Source of the DNA: an uncultured Acidimicrobiia bacterium
GTDB taxonomy: Bacteria > Actinomycetota > Acidimicrobiia > Acidimicrobiales > AC-14
Direction of reading: 5' to 3'
NCBI GenBank assembly: GCA_963836205.1
Contig: CAWIIV010000006.1
Coordinates: 544,001 to 608,000 of the forward strand
DNA: 64,000 nucleotides
Shown here: piece by piece, positions 1 through 14,362 of the stretch
Numbering within the stretch: position 1 is the first letter of the stretch
Layout: every line of letters begins with the position of its first letter
Notes under the pieces: generated by a model
Database searches by the model: none
What the model was told of the DNA's origin: nothing
The model's input: only the letters and a program-made list of their open reading frames with translations
Translations under genes and position numbers: made by a program

Positions 1-82
1 CGGCCAAAGCTTGAGTTCCGATACCTGACGATTCCTCCGCTGGGCGCCGTCCAAACCGGTTACGGAGCCCATGGGATGCTGG

Positions 83-962
83 ATGGCCGTGATCCGCCTC
101 GACGCCGCCACGGTGCTGCTCCAGTGGGCCACCGGCGGCCTCTTCTTCCTCTGGGTCACGTCCCGCCGGCGACTGCTCGGGATCGGCTACGGCTGGCTGC
201 TGCGCACGGTCTACGTGGTGATCGCGGCCGGCGCAGTGGTGGCCGGGCCAGCTCACCGAACCGGAGCCGGTGCGGGACGGGGCGGCCGCCGTGGTCGCGG
301 TGGCGGCGGGCGTCGCCCTCGTCGTCTCGATCGTCCGGCGCAAGGCCGGCGTCTCCGGCGGGCGGGCCCTGAAGGAACGGCGGGCGGCCCGGGTGGCGGC
401 CATGCTCGGTGGCCCGGACGGCGCCGGCCCCACGACCATCCCAGCCCCCGCGCCCCCGCCGGCCAAGGAGTTCCCTCCCGCCCTCGACCTGATCGCCCCC
501 GCCATCGGCCTCGTCGGGCTGGTCGCGGCCGCGCTCGACTCCGGCGGACCCACCGCGCTCGCCCTTGTCCGCATCCTGGCCGGGGCCGCGTTCCTGGGCG
601 CGGTGTCCGACGCCATGCTCCTGGGCCACTGGTACCTGGTGCAGCCCGGCCTCGGCCGGGAGCCCCTGCTCGAGCTCAACCGGTGGCTGGCCATCGCCTG
701 GCCGATCGAGGTCGGCGCCCTCCTGTGGCCCACGGGCATGCTCTCGGTGCTGTCGGGCTCGGTCGACGACGGATGGAACGGCACCCTGGGCTGGTTCTGG
801 GTCGCGTGCGCGGTCACCACCCTCGCCCTCACCGTCGTCACCAGCAAGGCCCTGGAGGAGAAGTCGTACTCGGCGGTGATGGCCGCCACCGGCCTTCTCT
901 ACCTGGCCATCCTCATGGCCTTCGGCACCGACCTGGTGGCCCGGGCGGTGCTCGCCGGCTGA
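83..962 (+). CDS. Conserved multi-pass membrane protein (LLGHWYL motif), apparent +1 frameshift near 245-247
   Basis: Hydrophobic N-terminal part (MAVIRLDAATVLLQWATGG...) in ORF 71..1063 continues in the frame of ORF 270..962 (EPVRDGAAAVV...DAMLLGHWYLVQP...). Removing one G from GGG at 245-247 joins them. Start is 83 or 89. Confidence 0.7.
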
Positions 963-998
963 CCGGGGCCGGCCGGCGAGCGCCCGCACCGACCGCCG

Positions 999-2801
999 TC
1001 AGAACAGGTCGTACGCCGGCCAGGCCACGGGACTGGACACGACGGCGTCGATCACGCCCTTGAGCTCGAAGCAGAACCCGTCGTTTGCGGGACGGGTGTT
1101 GCAGAGCACGGCGAACGAGAACCCATCGTCGCGGCGGACGAGGAACCCGATGGTGCCGTTCATGGCCCCGTTGTGGCCGCGATAGGCGCTGTCGACGATC
1201 CACCCGAGCCCGTAGCCGGGATTGGCCGGGGCGCCGGCGAACATCGTGGCCTCGGTGTTGGCGAAGAGGATGTCGGTCTTCGCCCCGAAGCCGTCGGCCC
1301 GCACCATCAGGCGCAGGAGGTCGATGGGCGTGGCGATCCAGCCGCCGTGGGCATCCATGTGGCGGGGCCGGAGGTTGTAGGCGCCGCCGCCCTGGTAGAC
1401 GACCTCCCCCGGCTTGCGATCGGCGAGGGTGTCGCCGCCGATCTCCATCCGGGAGATCCCACAGCCGCTGAGCATGAGCTTGACGTGGTTCTCGTAGGTC
1501 TGGCCGGTGACCTTCTCGATCACCCGCCCCAGGACGCAGTACCCGAAGTTGCAGTACTCGTTGGCCGCGCCCGGCGTCGTCTTCAACGGTCGGTTGTCGA
1601 GCATCCAGTCGATCACCGCCTTGTGGGAGGCGTGCCCGGCGAACATCGGGTCACCGCCGTCGTTGGTGAACCCGCTGGTGTGCTGGAGCAGGTGGCGGAC
1701 GGTGATGGCCTTGACCCCGGCCGAATACGGCTTCTTCCCGTAGGTGGTGCCGAGGATGGCGCCGGCGCCGAAGACCTTGCCGTCGAGTTGCAGCTTGCCC
1801 GCCTCCACCAGGTCCATCACGTCGACCGCGGTGATCGGCTTGGACACGCTGGCCACCCGGAAGCGGTGCTTGGGATGGACCTTCTCGGCGTTGGACGGGT
1901 CGGCGTCGCCGTAGCCCTTGGCGAAGACCAGGCGCTCGCCCCTGGTGATCGCCACCGACAGGCCGGGAATGGTGTGCTTCGCGATGTAGGCCTCGATCTT
2001 GGAGTCGATCGACGCCAGGTCGGCCCCGGCGATGCCCTCCGCCGTCCAGATGGCGGCGTAGCGGGCGCCGGCGGCGACGCCGTAGCCGCTCACCCACGCC
2101 AGTCGGTAGCCCTGGTAGTAGGCGTTGTCGAACTCGCCCTGGTACCGGGCCGACGGCATCCGGTGGCGGGCCAGCCAGGCCGGCCCCGACGACTTGTCCC
2201 AGATGGCGGCGTAGCGGTCCTGGCCGCCGACGCTGTACCCGCTGACCTGCACCAGGCGGAAGCCCTGGCCCACAAACTTGTCGAACTCGGCCTGGTACTG
2301 GGCCGAGGTCATCCCGTGGCGGGCGGTCCACGCCGGCCCCGCGGCCTTGCTCCAGATGGCGGCGTAGCGCTCCTGGCCGCCGACCTCGTAGCCGCTCACC
2401 AGCGCCAGGCGGAAGCCCTGGCCGACCAGCTTGTCGAACTCGGCCTGGTACTGGGCCGAGGTCATCCCGTGGCGGGCGGACCACCCCGGGCTGGGGGTCT
2501 TGTCCCAGATGGCGGCGTAGCGGTCCTGGCCGTCGACGGTGTAGCCGCTGACCTCGACCAGCCGGAAGCCCTGGCCCACGAACGTGTCGAACGCGGCCTG
2601 GTACTGGGCCGCCGTCATCCGGTGGCGGGCGACCCATCCGGGGCTGGGAGACTTCTCCCAGATGGCGGCATAGCGGTCGCTGCCGTTCACCGTGTAACCG
2701 TCGACGTGCACCAGGCGGAAGCCCTGGCCCACCAGCTTGTCGAACTCCACCTGGTACTGGTCGGACGTCAGCCCGTGCCGGGCCGCCCATGCGGTCGCCA
2801 T
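999..2801 (-). CDS. Serine hydrolase (beta-lactamase class C/AmpC-like) with five N-terminal ~51-aa tandem repeats (BTRD1/polyglycine-hydrolase-like)
   Basis: Five repeats of WxARHGMTSAQYQAEFDKxVGQGFRLxxVSGY...RYAAIW, then SxxK (ASVSKP), YxN (YCNFGY) and HNG motifs. AGAGGAG RBS upstream of ATG 2801. Confidence 0.88.
   Translation of the reverse strand: MATAWAARHGLTSDQYQVEFDKLVGQGFRLVHVDGYTVNGSDRYAAIWEKSPSPGWVARHRMTAAQYQAAFDTFVGQGFRLVEVSGYTVDGQDRYAAIWDKTPSPGWSARHGMTSAQYQAEFDKLVGQGFRLALVSGYEVGGQERYAAIWSKAAGPAWTARHGMTSAQYQAEFDKFVGQGFRLVQVSGYSVGGQDRYAAIWDKSSGPAWLARHRMPSARYQGEFDNAYYQGYRLAWVSGYGVAAGARYAAIWTAEGIAGADLASIDSKIEAYIAKHTIPGLSVAITRGERLVFAKGYGDADPSNAEKVHPKHRFRVASVSKPITAVDVMDLVEAGKLQLDGKVFGAGAILGTTYGKKPYSAGVKAITVRHLLQHTSGFTNDGGDPMFAGHASHKAVIDWMLDNRPLKTTPGAANEYCNFGYCVLGRVIEKVTGQTYENHVKLMLSGCGISRMEIGGDTLADRKPGEVVYQGGGAYNLRPRHMDAHGGWIATPIDLLRLMVRADGFGAKTDILFANTEATMFAGAPANPGYGLGWIVDSAYRGHNGAMNGTIGFLVRRDDGFSFAVLCNTRPANDGFCFELKGVIDAVVSSPVAWPAYDLF
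2050..2795 (-). repeat. Intragenic ~153-bp tandem repeats, 5 copies
   Basis: ccagatggcggcgtagcg and cggaagccctggcc recur at ~153-bp period. Confidence 0.85.
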
Positions 2802-2900
2802 CTCGAAGACCTCCTCTGTCGGGTGCCACTTTCGAGCGTGACGGGGAACCGGAGCTACGACAATGGGACGTTCGACCCACCGTCGGACAAGCTGTCGCCC

Positions 2901-3281
2901 ATGGCGACCCAGGACGACGTCCGCCGCATCGCCCTGTCGCTCCCCGACACCACCGAGGGCGAGGACCGGTTCGCGTTCTCCGTCCGCCACCGCGACAAGG
3001 AGAAGGCCTTCGCCTTCGTGTGGATGGAGCGGTTGGAGCCGAAGCAGCCGCGAGTGCCGAACCCCGACGTGCTGGCCGTCCGGGTGGCGAACGAGGCCGA
3101 GAAGCAGGCCCTGATCGCCGCCACCCCCGACCGGTTCTTCACCGAGCACCACTACAACGGCTTCCCGGCCGTGCTCGTCCGGCTCCCGGCCATCGACGTC
3201 GACGAGTTGGAAGAGCTGCTCACCGATGCTTGGCGCACCCAGGCGCCGAAAGCCTTGGTCAGGGACTTCGACACCCGCTAG
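2901..3281 (+). CDS. MmcQ/YjbR family protein
   Basis: MATQDDVRRIALSLP...FFTEHHYNGFPAVLVRL...ELLTDAWRTQAPK. Confidence 0.85.
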   Translation: MATQDDVRRIALSLPDTTEGEDRFAFSVRHRDKEKAFAFVWMERLEPKQPRVPNPDVLAVRVANEAEKQALIAATPDRFFTEHHYNGFPAVLVRLPAIDVDELEELLTDAWRTQAPKALVRDFDTR

Positions 3282-3284
3282 CCG

Positions 3285-5057
3285 CTAGCCGCCGTGGTGT
3301 TCCATCGCCGTCGGAAGCTTGTCGACGATCTCGATCATCTCCATCATCCCCAGGTCCTCGTGGTCGAGGATGTGGCAGTGGAGGACGAACGGGCCGGTGA
3401 AGTCCAGGTACTCGGTGTACACGTACAGGTCGGGCGCCGCTGGTGGCACCAGCAACGTGTCCTTCCACACCAGCTCCTCCTCCCCGGCTGGGTTGTCCCT
3501 CGCCCATTGGAAGGGGTTGACGTGGATGTGGAAGATGTGGGGTAGCGGCGGTAGTCCGGGGGCGCTCCTCGGCACGCCCGGCGGGTCGCCGGTGGTGGTG
3601 AGCTTCCACGCCTGGATCGTGTTCAGCTCCAGGTACCGGATGTTGGCCTCGTCGAACGCCTGGCCGTTGACCTGGAAGTAGTGCTTGAGGGAGCCCTCGA
3701 GGTCGCTGCCGAGCTTGAACGTCAACTCCTCGATGCCCACGGCGGTCTTGCGCAGGTCGGTGTCACCGCGGAAGGCCAACGGCTTCATCTCGGCCGCAGT
3801 GGGCAGCTGCATGTCGAGCGGGTCTCCTTCGACCACGACCTCGGCCACCGTGCCCGCGTCCTCCGCCACTCCCTGGACGGCAGACCGGGCCGCGGCCTTG
3901 GCGTCGATCAGGTGGTAGGTCCCCGGCTTGGAGCTGGCCTTGACCAACACGTCGCTGCGGTAGCCGGCCTCCAGCTCGACGGTCTGATCGACGTCCCACG
4001 TGTCGACCTGGCCCGTGTACAGGCCGTCGAGGGCGATCTCGTGGAGCTGATGCTCGGCCAGCCTGAGGTTCAGCGACTCCCCGAACGTGGCCGAGATCAT
4101 CCGCCAGCGCTGCACCTCGCCTGGCTGCATGTGGATCCGGGGCACGATCTGGCCGTTGATGGTGGTGGACCGCTTGGAGTTCTGCCAGGTGCAGGTGTCG
4201 CGGCCCTCGGCGCAGAAACCGGCGGTGACCGGGGAGTCGGGGAAGAAGGCGGCGATGTTGTTGAGCTGGCCGTTGGTGTCGTAGAGGATCGACTGGAAGA
4301 CCATGACCCGCTCCCGCCTGGTCGCCTCCAGCAGCGAGGGTGGCAACGTGGACTCGTCGTCCTCCACGATGAGGGCGCCGGCCATGCCGCTTGCCACCTG
4401 GACCCCGCTGGAGCCGTGGGTGTGGGCGTGGTACCAGAAGGTGCCCGCGGGATGGTCGGCCGGCACCGGGATCTGGTAGCGGAAGTCGACCCCCGGCTCG
4501 ATCGCGAGCAGGACGTTGTCGCTGTTGCCGGTCGGGGACACGTGCAGGCCGTGGGTGTGGATGTTGGTCGTGTTGTAGGCGTTCGGCGTCGTGGCCAGGT
4601 AGGCGGCATCCACCTGCTGCTGGACGTCGCGCGCGGTGTCGTTCGGGGGCAGGTCGTTCTTCAGGTGGAAGTCGATGGTCTCGCCCGGCTTGGCCCGGAT
4701 GGTGGGCCCCACCAGCTTCCCGTTGTAGGAACGGAGCTTCACGACACAGCCGCCCAGCATGGTGTTGTCGTCCGAATACCGCACGGACAGCGTCTTCGAC
4801 CCGTCCGTGAACCGCTCGTCGGGCGGGTTCACCAACGGCTGGAGCCCGACGCCGTTGGCGGCCGGGTTGACGGCGTCGTAGGGGCAGGGACCGCCGGTGT
4901 ACGGCCCGGGCGGCGGCGGCGGGGGGACGGACGTCGGGATCAAGGTGTCCGGAGGGGCGGACGTCGAGGTGGCCGAGCCCGACGGCTCGGAGTCGCTACA
5001 GGCCGCCGCCAGGAGGACGGCGACCGCCACGGCCACAGCCCGGTACCCGCTCTTCAT
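3285..5057 (-). CDS. Multicopper oxidase, probable lipoprotein
   Basis: Copper motifs HTHG, WYHAH, HIFHIH and HCHILDHEDLGMM. Signal peptide with lipobox LAAAC and a Pro/Thr linker. GGAGG RBS before ATG 5057. Confidence 0.92.
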   Translation of the reverse strand: MKSGYRAVAVAVAVLLAAACSDSEPSGSATSTSAPPDTLIPTSVPPPPPPGPYTGGPCPYDAVNPAANGVGLQPLVNPPDERFTDGSKTLSVRYSDDNTMLGGCVVKLRSYNGKLVGPTIRAKPGETIDFHLKNDLPPNDTARDVQQQVDAAYLATTPNAYNTTNIHTHGLHVSPTGNSDNVLLAIEPGVDFRYQIPVPADHPAGTFWYHAHTHGSSGVQVASGMAGALIVEDDESTLPPSLLEATRRERVMVFQSILYDTNGQLNNIAAFFPDSPVTAGFCAEGRDTCTWQNSKRSTTINGQIVPRIHMQPGEVQRWRMISATFGESLNLRLAEHQLHEIALDGLYTGQVDTWDVDQTVELEAGYRSDVLVKASSKPGTYHLIDAKAAARSAVQGVAEDAGTVAEVVVEGDPLDMQLPTAAEMKPLAFRGDTDLRKTAVGIEELTFKLGSDLEGSLKHYFQVNGQAFDEANIRYLELNTIQAWKLTTTGDPPGVPRSAPGLPPLPHIFHIHVNPFQWARDNPAGEEELVWKDTLLVPPAAPDLYVYTEYLDFTGPFVLHCHILDHEDLGMMEMIEIVDKLPTAMEHHGG

Positions 5058-5090
5058 GGTTTCCTCCGCCCCCAGACGCCGAAGACCCAA

Positions 5091-5133
5091 CGTGAAGACG
5101 GTCAGTCTTCGCGGGGCGGCGGCCCGCTGTCAA
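5091..5133 (-). promoter_or_regulatory. Putative sigmaA promoter (TTGACA-N18-AAGACT) with a palindromic operator over the -10
   Basis: tgtcaa at 5128-5133 and agtctt at 5104-5109. Palindrome cgtgaagac-ggtca-gtcttcgcg at 5091-5113 has one mismatch. Confidence 0.5.
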
Positions 5134-5153
5134 CAGGTCCGGGCCGGTGACCC

Positions 5154-5191
5154 CTCTTCACCGGGCTACCGGGCGACCACTCTTCACCGGG

Positions 5192-5203
<12 letters not shown>
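5154..5203. repeat. 24-bp direct repeat (2 copies) duplicating the metH 3' end and stop codon
   Basis: ctcttcaccgggctaccgggcgac at 5154-5177 and 5180-5203. Confidence 0.9.
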
Positions 5204-8649
<3,446 letters not shown>

Positions 8650-8946
8650 GTGGAGATCCAGGCTAATGGGGCAGGCCACGGTGCTCGGTCGGAAAACGGG
8701 CAGGTCGCCGTGCTCGGCCGCCGACGGGGGCCGGCGATGGCCTCAGGGGCTCCCAGCCCACGCCGGGGGCTTGCCTCCGCCGCAGCGGCCCTCGACGCCA
8801 CCAGTAGGCCGATGGCACCGCTCGAGTCGGCACGTTTGCCGCCTGTCAAGGTGGCGGTGTCCGTCGGGCCGTCCGTGAACGCCGACATCGGCCGGCGCGA
8901 GTCCAAGTGTCCTCACTCGCAGACCCCGCTCGGGCATGATGCAGTG

Positions 8947-9639
8947 ATGACATCGCGCATGGCATCGATCCTCGAGCGGCCGGTCTACGGCATCTCGGAG
9001 GCCGCTGGCCTGCTTGGCCTGCGTCCCGATCGAGCGCGTGCATGGGTCGACGGGTACGAGCGTCAGGGTTCGTTCTACGCCCCGGTCATCCGCGAGGAAC
9101 GAACTGGCGATGACGTTCTGACCTGGGGCGAGTTCGTTGAGCTCGGGTACCTCCGGGAGTACCGACGAAAAGGCGTACCCCTGCAGCGCCTGCGGCCGGT
9201 GATCGACGAGCTGCGCAAGGAGTTCCACACTCCCTACCCGCTGGCGACGGCAACGCCATACCTCTACGGCAAGGAGCTTGTTCTCAAGCTTCAGGAGGAG
9301 AACGAAATACCGCGAGCCATCGCGATCGTCGTCGCATCGGGACAGACGATCGCCTTCGCCGACGAGACCAACCGCTTCCTGAAGAAGGTCGAGTTCGATC
9401 CCCCCGAGGATGGCGATGTCCGACGGCTCTATCCCGCAGGGACAGCATCGCCGGTCGTGATCGACCCGCTACTGCGATTCGGCCGGCCGACTGTCCAGGG
9501 CGTCGCGACGGAGCGACTCTGGGAGCTGTTCGACGCCGGAGAATCGGTGGAAACCATCGCCGATGGCTACGAGCTGGCGGAGGACCTGGTCAAGTCGGCG
9601 GTCGCGTACGAGGAACAGCAGCGCTCCCTCGCGGCATAG
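8947..9639 (+). CDS. DUF433-containing antitoxin (VapB45/Rv2018-like)
   Basis: N-terminal HTH (YGISEAAGLLGL), TWGEFVELGYLREYRR, and C-terminal VVIDPLLRFGRPTV...GESVETIADGYEL. Start is 8947 or 8959. Confidence 0.85.
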   Translation: MTSRMASILERPVYGISEAAGLLGLRPDRARAWVDGYERQGSFYAPVIREERTGDDVLTWGEFVELGYLREYRRKGVPLQRLRPVIDELRKEFHTPYPLATATPYLYGKELVLKLQEENEIPRAIAIVVASGQTIAFADETNRFLKKVEFDPPEDGDVRRLYPAGTASPVVIDPLLRFGRPTVQGVATERLWELFDAGESVETIADGYELAEDLVKSAVAYEEQQRSLAA

Positions 9640-9645
9640 ACCTCG

Positions 9646-10041
9646 GTGGCGGCCAGGTTCTTCGTCGACGAGAACGACCTGGCCCTCGGAAAGGCACTCG
9701 CCGTCCAGCATGACGACGTCGTCTACCCCGGGCACTCCGCCCTCCCCGATGTCCCCCGAGGCTGCCTGGACGACGTTTGGCTGCCGGTCGTTGGCGGCCG
9801 AGGGCTGGTCGTGATCACCCGCGATCAGCGGATCCGATACCGACCCGTCGAAGAGCGCATGTGGGTCATGCACCGAGTCCGGGGCTTTGTGCTCACCGGC
9901 CGGGGGAGTCAATCGACAGCGGAGAGCCTGGCCGTTCTCGATAGGAAGTGGTCCGGAATGGAGAGCTTCCTCGCGGCGCGGCGCCTCGGCCCATGGATGT
10001 ACGCCGTCACGGAGAAGAGGCTGCGCGAGATCACTTTGTAG
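9646..10041 (+). CDS. PIN-like domain toxin (VapC45/Rv2019-like)
   Basis: RFFVDEND, DDVWLPVVG and VVITRDQRIRYRPVE motifs. Lies 6 bp after the DUF433 gene. Confidence 0.85.
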   Translation: MAARFFVDENDLALGKALAVQHDDVVYPGHSALPDVPRGCLDDVWLPVVGGRGLVVITRDQRIRYRPVEERMWVMHRVRGFVLTGRGSQSTAESLAVLDRKWSGMESFLAARRLGPWMYAVTEKRLREITL

Positions 10042-10053
10042 CCCGAAGCGGCC

Positions 10054-13000
10054 TCAGGCCTGGCCGACCTGATAGCGGACCTGGACGCCGGCCGAGGGCA
10101 CGTTGGTCGCCGGGCAGTCGCCGGCCCGGTTGGAGGCGGTGGGGTTGCCGCCGTAGACCATCGCACCGGCCCGCACTCCCACCGGCCGCATGAAGTCGAC
10201 CTGTGCCCGCGGGTACTCGGCGCACTGGCGGGTGGAGAAGCCGGCCCACGACACGTAGGTGAGGGTCAGTGGGTAGGCGGTTCGCACCTGCGGGGCGGCC
10301 TGGATGGAACCGATGACCTTCTGGGCACCATTGGCCCAGTCGATCACCGTGGCCTGCCACAGCCCGTCGCGCACGTGGCCGGCGAGGAGCAGGTAGGCCC
10401 GGCCCGGCGCCCAGGAGTAGGGGATGCGGACCGTGTCGATCGCCCCGCTGGCCCGGGTGATGGAGAAGGAGGCGTAGCGCTGGTCACCCGCGATCGAGAG
10501 CGACAGCGTCGCCGTCGACACCAGCTCGGTGAAGGGGAACGTCACCGAGTAGCGGTAGTTCGGCACGGCCTGGCCCGGCTTGGCCGCGGGGGCGTTGACG
10601 GGGACGATCCAGTCGCCGACGCCGTCGAGGCTCTGGATCCCGGCGGGGAACGTCCAGACCGACATCGGGATCGCGAGGGCCTTGGACGACACCGTCACCG
10701 TCACCAGCCCGGTGGCCGGGGGACCGCTCCCGTCACCGACGACGTAGGAGAAGGCGTCGGCTCCCGAGAACTCGCCGTCGGGGCTGTAGAGGATGACGGC
10801 GCCGGCGATGGTGGCCGTTCCGTGAGGGGGATCGCTGACCGAGAGCAGCCGGAGAGGCCCATCGACGTCGGAGTCGTTCGCCAGCACCTCGACGTTGGTC
10901 GTCATGTTGACGCCCGTCGTGACGATGTCGGCGCCGGCCACCGTCGGGTCGTCGACCGCGGCCACGGTGACCGCCACCCCGCCGGTGCTGGTGGCCCCGG
11001 CCGCGTCCCGCACCTCGTAGCGGAACGAGCCCGGCCCGTTGAAATTGGCGCTGGGGACATAGGTCACGACGCCATCCGCACCGAGCGACGCGGTCCCGTG
11101 CACGACGTCGAAGACGCGGGTCACCTGGAAGGCGTCGCCCTCGGGGTCGTGGTCGTTGGCGGCCACGGTCACCGCGATCGAGGTGTCTTCGGGGGTCGTG
11201 ACCGCGTCGTCACCGGCACGGGGCGCGTCGTTGACCGGGGTGACGGTGACGTGCACCGTCGCCCGGCCCGTCCCCCCGTAGCCGTCGGCCAGGTCGTAGG
11301 TGAACGAGTCGGGGCCGTGGTAGTCGGCGGCCGGCGTGTAGGAGACCTTGGACCCGGCCTGGACGGCGGTAGCCGTGCCGTGGGCCGGGTTGGAGACGGC
11401 GGTCACCACCAGCGGGTCGCCGTCGGCGTCGGTGTCGTTGGCGAGGACGGTCGCGGTCACCGCGACGTCCTCGGCGGTGGTCACCGAGTCGTCGGCGGTG
11501 ACGGGGAGGCGGTTCTCGCCCCGTTCGATCGTCACGACGACCGTGGCCCGGTCGGTGCCGCCGTGCGGATCGGCGATGTCGTAGGTGAAGGCGTCGGAGC
11601 CGCCGAACCCGGGGTCGGGGGCGTAGGTCACCGTGCCCCCGGCCTGCATGGTTGCCGTGCCGTGGGGCGGGTCGGAGACCCCGGTGAGCACGAGGGCGTC
11701 CCCGTCGGGATCGGTGTCGTTGGCCAGGACTCCGACGACCGTGGTGCCGGCGGTGACCATCGAGTCGTCGACCGCGTCGGGCGCGGTGTTGTCCGCCGCC
11801 GCCGCGGTCGTGAGGAGCATCGAGGAGGCCCCGACGGGCAGCGACGGGGTGAAGTAGGAGTACTCCAGGCCGACGGTGCCGGTGCCGTTCTCGATACCGA
11901 TGGACGCCGACCCACCCCGTTCGAGGCTGTCGTCGGCGATGTTCCGGTAGTGGAACTCGATCTGACTCGACTGGTGGAGGACGACCTCGACGTCGACCCG
12001 CTTGGTCGAGTCGAGGTGGTAGCGCACGTTCCGCCACTCGATGGTGAAGGTGCGGTTGGGCTCGGCGCCCGCGACCTGGGTGCGCACGCTCGACGCGGCG
12101 TCGACGTACAGGTCGTCCCAGTACGGGAGGACCACCGCATTGGGGGCGGTCGGGCTGGGGATCCGCTGGTTGTTGTAGGCCGCGTTGGCCGAAGCGAAGC
12201 CGACCAGGCCGTTCGTCGAGACGTAGGCGGTGGAGTAGCTCGTCCCGTAGAGCCGGAAGGGGAACGGCAGCGGGACGGCGGTGACCGCGTCGCTCCCGGT
12301 GATCGAGACGGCGGTCCCGGCCTCGACGTACCCCGGCGGCCGGGCGGAGCACGTGTACCCGAACCCGTCGACCTTGGCCGCCACGGCCAGGTCCACCACC
12401 TCGTCGGCGTCCACCACCACCGGGTGCACGGCCGGAAGGTGACAGCCGGGAGGCGCCACCGAGAGCTCGTAGGACCCGTCGGGGACGCTGGCGAAGGCGT
12501 ACCCGCCGCCGGAGTCGGTGAGGACCGCGGCGATGGGCGTGGAGGCGATGGAGACCGTCGCCCCGCCCACGGCCACCCCCTGGCCGTCCCGGACGGTGCC
12601 GGACACCTGGTGGGAGGGTGCGGCGGCCAGGTCGAAGTCCACGACGCTCGTCCTCGTCGGCCACGACCACCACCGGCCTCGACTGCGTCACCCGGCCGAA
12701 GGCGCGGGCCGAGACCGCGTACGTCCCTGCCGGCAGCCACATCCCGTAGGTGCCGTCGGAGCCGGCCTGGGTGGCGTACGTCACCGGCCCCACCGCCTCG
12801 ACCACCGCACCGGGCACGTTCACCGACCCGTGGATCGTCCCCGCCGGGGTGCGGGCGAGGGTGACGGCGGCGAGCACGTCCAGGCGCCCCTCGCCCCACA
12901 CGCCGTTGTCGGCCGCGGTCCCGCCGCAGGCCAGGTCCGCCGTGTCGACCGCGGTCCGGTCGAGGAGGTCCCGGGTGAGGGCGATGTCGGAGACGAGGGC

Positions 13001-14314
13001 CGGGTTGGCCGACCACATGAGGGCCACCGCCCCCGCCACGTGCGGCGCGGCCATCGACGTCCCGTTCTTCGCCCCGTAGCCGCCACCCGGCACGCTGCTG
13101 CGCACGGCGACGCCGGGGGCGGCGATGTTGGGCTTCATGGTCGACCCCGACGCCGAGCCCCGGCTGGAGAAGCTGGCGATCACGCCGCTGGAGTCGTAGG
13201 CGCCCACCGAATAGCTGTTCACGTAGTCCCCCGGGGACCCCGAGCTTCCGCAGGTCGGCCCCGAGTTGCCGTTGGAGAAGACGGGGAAGATGCCGGCGGC
13301 TTCCCACGCGTTGACGATGTCCTGGAAGAACGAGCGCCCGCCGGCCCCGCCCCACGAGTTGTTGACGACGTTCGGCCTGAGGTCGGGCCGGGGGTTGTTC
13401 CCGTCCAGGTCGGTCGGGGCCATGATCCACTGCCCGGACGCCAGCAGCGACGTCTGGGTGCACGACGTGAACTCGCAGCCCTTGGCCGCCATCCATCGGG
13501 CTCCCGGGGCCACGCCCACCTGGTTGGCGCCGCCGAGCGCCCGGTCGTCGCCGACCATGGTGCCCATGGTGTGGGTGCCGTGCCCGTTGTTGTCGCACGG
13601 GGCCAGGGACGGGTTGCCGCACGTGTGCGAAGGGTCGTACCAGTTGTAGGCGTGGTCGAACGGGCCGCCCACGTTGCCCCGGTACTGGCCGACCAGCGCC
13701 GGGTGGGCGAAGTCGACCCCGGTGTCGATGTTGGCCACCACCACGCCTTCGCCCCGATCGGCGAACGTGGACCACACCGTTGGGGCGCCGATGGCGGCGA
13801 TGTTCCACTCGACCCCGTCGGTCGCGGCGGCGGGGGTCGCCGCCGGAGGAGCGAGCTCGTACGTGCGATCGGCGGTGACCTGCTCGACCTCCGGGTAGGC
13901 GGCCAGCTCGAGGACCAGGGCCAGGTCGCCGGTGACCCGGACGGTGTTCGAGATCCAGAAGGCGGTGTTCGGAATCCCCCGATCGTCGAGCAGGCGGAGC
14001 ACCCGGGCCTGGCTGGCGTCGGCGGTGTCCTGCAGCTCGGTGACCACCACCTCGCCCCGGTCCTCCCAGTCGTCGATCACCGGCGCCCGGTCGAGGTCGG
14101 CGTCGGCCCGGAACGTCACCCAGAAGTCGACCTCCTTGCCCGGCGGCTGGGCCAGGAGGGCGGCCTCCACCTTCGACAGATCGGCGGTGGAATCTTCGGC
14201 GCCGTGGGCCGCGGGGGAAACGCCGGCGAGGAGGCTGAGGACCAGGCCCGTGGCGAGGAGGATGCCGAAAGATCTGCGCGCCAGGAGGGGGCGGGCTCCG
14301 CCGATAGGACTCAT
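10054..14314 (-). CDS. Secreted S8 (subtilisin/bacillopeptidase F-like) peptidase with carboxypeptidase-regulatory-like, nidogen-like, four cadherin/Big_9-like repeats and a C-terminal beta domain; apparent +1 frameshift near 12652
   Basis: Signal peptide and triad motifs IDTGV, HGTHTMG and GTSMAAPH in ORF 11210..14314. Continues in ORF 10054..12642 with NxxPxAxDD...VLANDTDxDGDxL repeats. Confidence 0.88.
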
Positions 14315-14323
14315 TGACCCGTC

Positions 14324-14349
14324 GTCGGCGCCCGGAAGCCGAAACCTGA
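14324..14349 (-). promoter_or_regulatory. Putative sigma28 (FliA/WhiG)-like promoter TCAGG-N15-GCCGAC
   Basis: Minus strand reads tcagg-tttcggcttccgggc-gccgac, ending 9 nt before the S8 ATG. Resembles TAAA-N15-GCCGAT. Confidence 0.4.
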
Positions 14350-14362
14350 GCCAACCTTCTGA

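Noticed and set aside
8650-8946. Cobalamin or SAM riboswitch upstream of metH
   Set aside because: No B12-box or SAM-I/IV consensus is recognisable, and TAGCCT lies 10 nt before the ATG, implying almost no leader.
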